Below, piece by piece: positions 1-64,000 of a stretch of 64,000 nucleotides of DNA. Positions within the stretch are counted from its first letter, which is position 1. Every line of letters starts with the position of its first letter. The DNA lies in contig NC_043005.1 in the NCBI RefSeq assembly GCF_006345805.1, positions 30,504,001 to 30,568,000 of the forward strand, in the 5' to 3' direction. The notes under the pieces were generated by a model. That model was not told the origin of the DNA, did not search any database, and saw only the letters and a program-made list of their open reading frames with translations. Made by a program: the position numbers and the translations under genes. The DNA is from Octopus sinensis. Taxonomy: Eukaryota.

Positions 1-1151
1 TATCATCATCGTTGTCATCGTCGTCATCATCGTTTAACGTCTGTTTTCTATGCTGGCATGGGTTGGACGTCCATTTTCCATGCTGGCTGCACCAGACTCC
101 AATCTGATCTGGTAAGGTTTCTACAGCTGGATGCCCTTCCTATTGCCAACAACTCTGAGAGTGTAGTGAGTGCTTTTTACGTGCTACTGGCACAGGAGTC
201 AGTCAGGCAGTCCTGGTATCGATCACATTCAGATAGTGCTTTTTATGTGTCACCGGCATGGAAGCCAGTCAGTGGGCACTGGCCACAGCTACGATTTTGG
301 TTTTACTGGACAAAACAGGTCTTCTCAACCTGTTTTAAATGGGCCAGACATGCAACACTGGCATCGGCCATGGCTATGATGAGAGGAGAAAATGAAGGTG
401 TGGTACTTCCTCACACAGTTGTCCTCATCCATACATGTGATACTGCTGCTGCTGATGAAGATGGCTGTTCACTCATGACCGAAGAAGACCATCACTGACC
501 ATTGCCCTTACAAAATGCCTGCAATGACCATGCTTGAGGTTATTGTACCAACAGTTGCTTCACTTGGGTTTGCATCCACAGCTTACATCTTCACTGTAGC
601 ACCCTCCTACTCAGCCAAGCATTGGAACATTACCATGCTGGCGATGGCACAACCTAAAAGTTTGGGTCCAATAAGGCTTGCACAGTTCCTCACAGACCCT
701 CTCCATTCTACTGACATTATCCAGAGACAAGCCAGGGCAAGATAACCAGTGCCAATATGGGTCACAGGCCCAGGAATGTTGGAGCACCATGATCTCAAAA
801 GTATGTAAAAGATCCCTGAAACGTTCAGTGCCATTCCTTTCATACCTGGTTTTATATCAGTGTGACTTTCTCCTCGAGATATGCTTTAGCAAAAACTGAG
901 GGGTACCGGGTTAGTTGCCAACAACCTGACCATGCAACAGGTTATACTGGATTCCATGTTACCAGTAGCACTCGTGAGAGACCTCACAAGTGACCTTGCA
1001 CACACGCATACAATACACACACACACACACACACACACACATATTTGGAAGAAGTTTTAATTAAAACATTATTGCAAATTTTATTCACTTGTTATTTATT
1101 TAAGCTTCATTCTGAAGTAATCAATGCCCCACCTTAAAAAACACTGATTTT

Positions 1152-1187
<36 letters not shown>

Positions 1188-1779
1188 ATGCACATGCATT
1201 TGTGTGTAGTTTTTATTGCTTATCCCCAGCCAGTCCTCATTGACCAAGCAAATTTTTGATCAACTGACTGAAGTCTTTTATTCAGAGACAGTATATCTAG
1301 TACTACATCATACAATGTGTCCTTTTTCAAAGGCCTACAGAATATGATTTTGAGCAAGATTTGGCTGCTATTTCTAGTAGTGTAGCATGACTTATTATAT
1401 AGAGGCTTCCTGATGATCTTATGGTAACCAAGCTGAAATGCCATTCAGAATAAAAAAGCAAAAATGTTTTCCTGCACTCTTCTTGGGGTCAAATAATTGC
1501 ACATATTAAATCTTGGTGACAAAAATCTGGATTGAGGACAGAAACGTATCTGAACAAGGTTTCTTAAAAACTTCATAAAAATACACCAAATCCAGTCAGA
1601 CTTTTAGCTACAGTTAGGATAATACCAATGCCTGGATAGTGGAAATGACCACTGTCTGGTTGTTTTAAATAAGTTTCTAATGTAGTCCTGTTTTATGGCA
1701 TGATACATTTCTATCATGTTTGTTTTATAACCACCACCGTCTTTTAAAAAGCATATAAGAAGAGCAAGGAGGAGAGGAG

Positions 1780-1849
<70 letters not shown>

Positions 1850-1944
1850 TTCAAGACAATTCATTGCCTAAGACATTTTATGCTTGAAAAATTATTTGTG
1901 AAGTGATTTGTACATGATGAGAGGCATCTGTAAACCTTTACTTA

Positions 1945-2195
1945 AGTAGAGCTCACTGCTTCACAACAAATCTTTAGTCAACTAGAGCTCACTGCATCAC
2001 AACAAACCTTTAGCTAAGTAGAGATCACTTCACAAAAAATCCTTAGTCAACTAAAGCTCACTGCCTCACAACAAACCTTTAATCAAGTAGAGCTCACTGC
2101 TTCTCAACAAACCTTTAGTCAACTAGAGCTCACTGCCTCACAACAAACCTTTAGTCAAGGAGAGCGCACTACCTCACAACAAACATGTAATCAAG
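1945..2195. repeat. 36-bp minisatellite, about 7 units, alternating AGTAG/ACTAG variants
   Basis: Unit A[G/C]TAGAGCTCACTGC[T/C]TCACAACAAACCTTTAGTCA read directly. Confidence 0.92.
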
Positions 2196-2249
2196 CAGAA
2201 ATACATTGTTTTATGACCAACTTAAATATTCTTAGAAGAAATTACAAAC

Positions 2250-62205
<59,956 letters not shown>

Positions 62206-63415
62206 CTTGAAAACAACAAACAAGAAATTAATAAATAAATGATAAAGTATTTTGAAAAACAGATTATTATTATATGGCAACAAATATCTAGTAAAAATAT
62301 AATTTTAAAAATTCATGGCAAATAGTAAATAGGAAAATGATAAAATAGACAAAAATTCGTGTTTATTGAAATTTAATCATCATCATCATCATCATCATTT
62401 TAATACTAACTTTTCCATGCTTGCATTGATTGGATGGAATTTATTGAAACAGATAAGCAGATTTTTATGCCTGGATGCTCTTCCAGTCAGCAACCCTCAC
62501 CTGTTTTCAAGTAAAGTAATATTCCCCCACCCCACCCCATGACCAGATATGTTCTTGCAAAATGTCAGAAATGAATGTCATTGCTTGTATGACAGTTGCA
62601 ATCATTTTACAACTATCACACTCACATATACCTACATACATATATTCATGCACACACACACACACGCACAGGCTTCTTTCAGTTTCTGCTAAAACCAAAT
62701 CCACTTACAAGGCTTTGGTTGGCCTTGGGCTATATCAGAAACCATTTGCCCAAGGTGCTATGCTGTCGGACTGAACCTAAAACCAGGCGATCCAGAAGCA
62801 ACCTTCTTACCACATAGCTGCACCTTTGATAGAAATGATTATGTAATTGAAAAAACTGTCTTTGAGCCAATATTCTTATATCATGTCCCTGATGTCAGGA
62901 TTGAATAGTTGCAGACCCCCCATTATTGAATAAGAGACTAATCTTGCAGACATCATTCGGCAACTCACTTACAATTACACATTACTCAAGCTTTCCATCA
63001 AAAGTTGTTTTTAATCTAGATGTTGTTATCAGCAAACTCAAATTCACTTTTACGATTCTATGAGGATTTATTTTAACAATCCTTACAATGTTATGCTGCC
63101 TTTCATACTTGCTCCATTCATTATCAAAATTACTGTATGACAAGACAGAAGCCCTGTTGCTATCATTAATAAAAACATTGCTGATGCAATAGACATGGCT
63201 CATACCATTCTACAGTTTATTTCCATCATTGGTGTAAACATGGTCCTTGCATGATCTAATTGGGAGAGAGTAATTAGATGTGTTAATTGAACATGAACTG
63301 TTAGAGATTCTATTATCCACATTGTTACACATACCTGCCTAGCCTAAGTTATTAGGAATGTCATGGTTACCTATTTTATTTGTTAATATATTCCTCATAT
63401 AATTATCATTAATAG

Positions 63416-63759
63416 TGGAGGCGCAATGGCCCAGTGGATAGGGCAGTGGGCTCACAGTCATAGGATCACAGTTGTGAGTGTTTATTGAGCGAAAACACCT
63501 AAAAGCCCCACGAGACTCCAGCAGGGGTTGGTGGCGAGCCCTGCTGTACTCTTTCACAACTTTCTCTCGCTCTTTCTTCCTGTTTCTGTTGTACCTCTAT
63601 TTCAAAGGGCCACCCTTGTCACATTCCTTGAAAACAACAAACGAGAACTTCGTTAAGGGTGCACATGTCTGTGGAGTGCTCAGCCACTTGCACGTTAATT
63701 TCACGAGCAGGCTGTTCCATTGATCAGATCAACTTGAACCCTCATCGCCATAACCAACA
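63416..63759 (+). mobile_element. tRNA-derived SINE family C with 11-bp target-site duplication
   Basis: Starts GGAGGCGCAATGGCCCAGTGG; ATCATTAATAG at 63405-63415 and 63760-63770. Confidence 0.85.
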
Positions 63760-64000
63760 ATCATTAATAGCATATCATACTATACTTATATTGACTTAAA
63801 ATTTTGGCACAAGGCCAGCAATTTCAGAGTATGGGGTAAGTTGATTAGATTGATTCCAGTGCATAACTGGTACTCACTTTATCAACCCTGAAAAGATGAA
63901 AGGCAAAGTCAACCTTGGTAGAGTTTAAACACAGAACATAAAGACAGATGAAAAGCTGCTAAGAATTTTGTCCAGTACACAAACGGTTTTCTTTGAAAAT

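Noticed and set aside
500-990. Overlapping short ORFs, possibly an old LINE remnant
   Set aside because: No diagnostic motif is readable, and the next ABCC exon was not found in 1-2249.
1945-2195. 36-bp repeats resembling a CRISPR array
   Set aside because: Units are contiguous with no spacers, there are no cas genes, and the context is a eukaryotic intron.
62982-63300. ORF 62982-63203 and a hydrophobic frame (AMSIASAMFLLM...GASMKGSITL) as the next upstream ABCC exon
   Set aside because: In-frame stops flank the segment, and no acceptor/donor pair gives the phase-1 G needed to form G-MSIKVAL; resemblance may be chance.
63366-63415. NYMRNILTNKIG|gtaacc as an upstream exon end
   Set aside because: The phase fits, but removing the SINE at its TSD leaves an in-frame TGA and no acceptor upstream.

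Overview
AT-rich, repeat-dense animal genomic DNA; the repeat families resemble those of octopus/coleoid cephalopods (inferred, not searched). The whole window lies inside one minus-strand gene for an ABCC (MRP5/ABCC5-like) transporter. I reconstructed 19 GT-AG exons by hand (62205->2250; 2594 nt, about 865 codons, one continuous frame, all splice phases compatible). They cover the end of TMD1, NBD1 (Walker A GSTGSGKS, LSGGQ, Walker B IYLLDD), the linker and most of TMD2; both ends of the gene lie outside the window. The introns hold tRNA-derived SINEs, RTE LINE fragments and tails, a nest of R4/Dong-type retrotransposons at (TAA)n, DD37D and mariner remnants, a Chapaev-like transposase, several long fold-back MITEs and many microsatellites. 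The most notable unexplained signal is seven minimal type-I hammerhead-ribozyme motifs from three repeat families, whose intact form has an ACGU palindrome in place of stem III. One family is a tRNA-head + (AAT)n + hammerhead SINE that occurs twice as head-to-head inverted dimers beside exons, suggesting a Penelope-mobilised, ribozyme-carrying SINE. A 22-bp exact copy of an exon splice acceptor also sits inside a nearby SINE.
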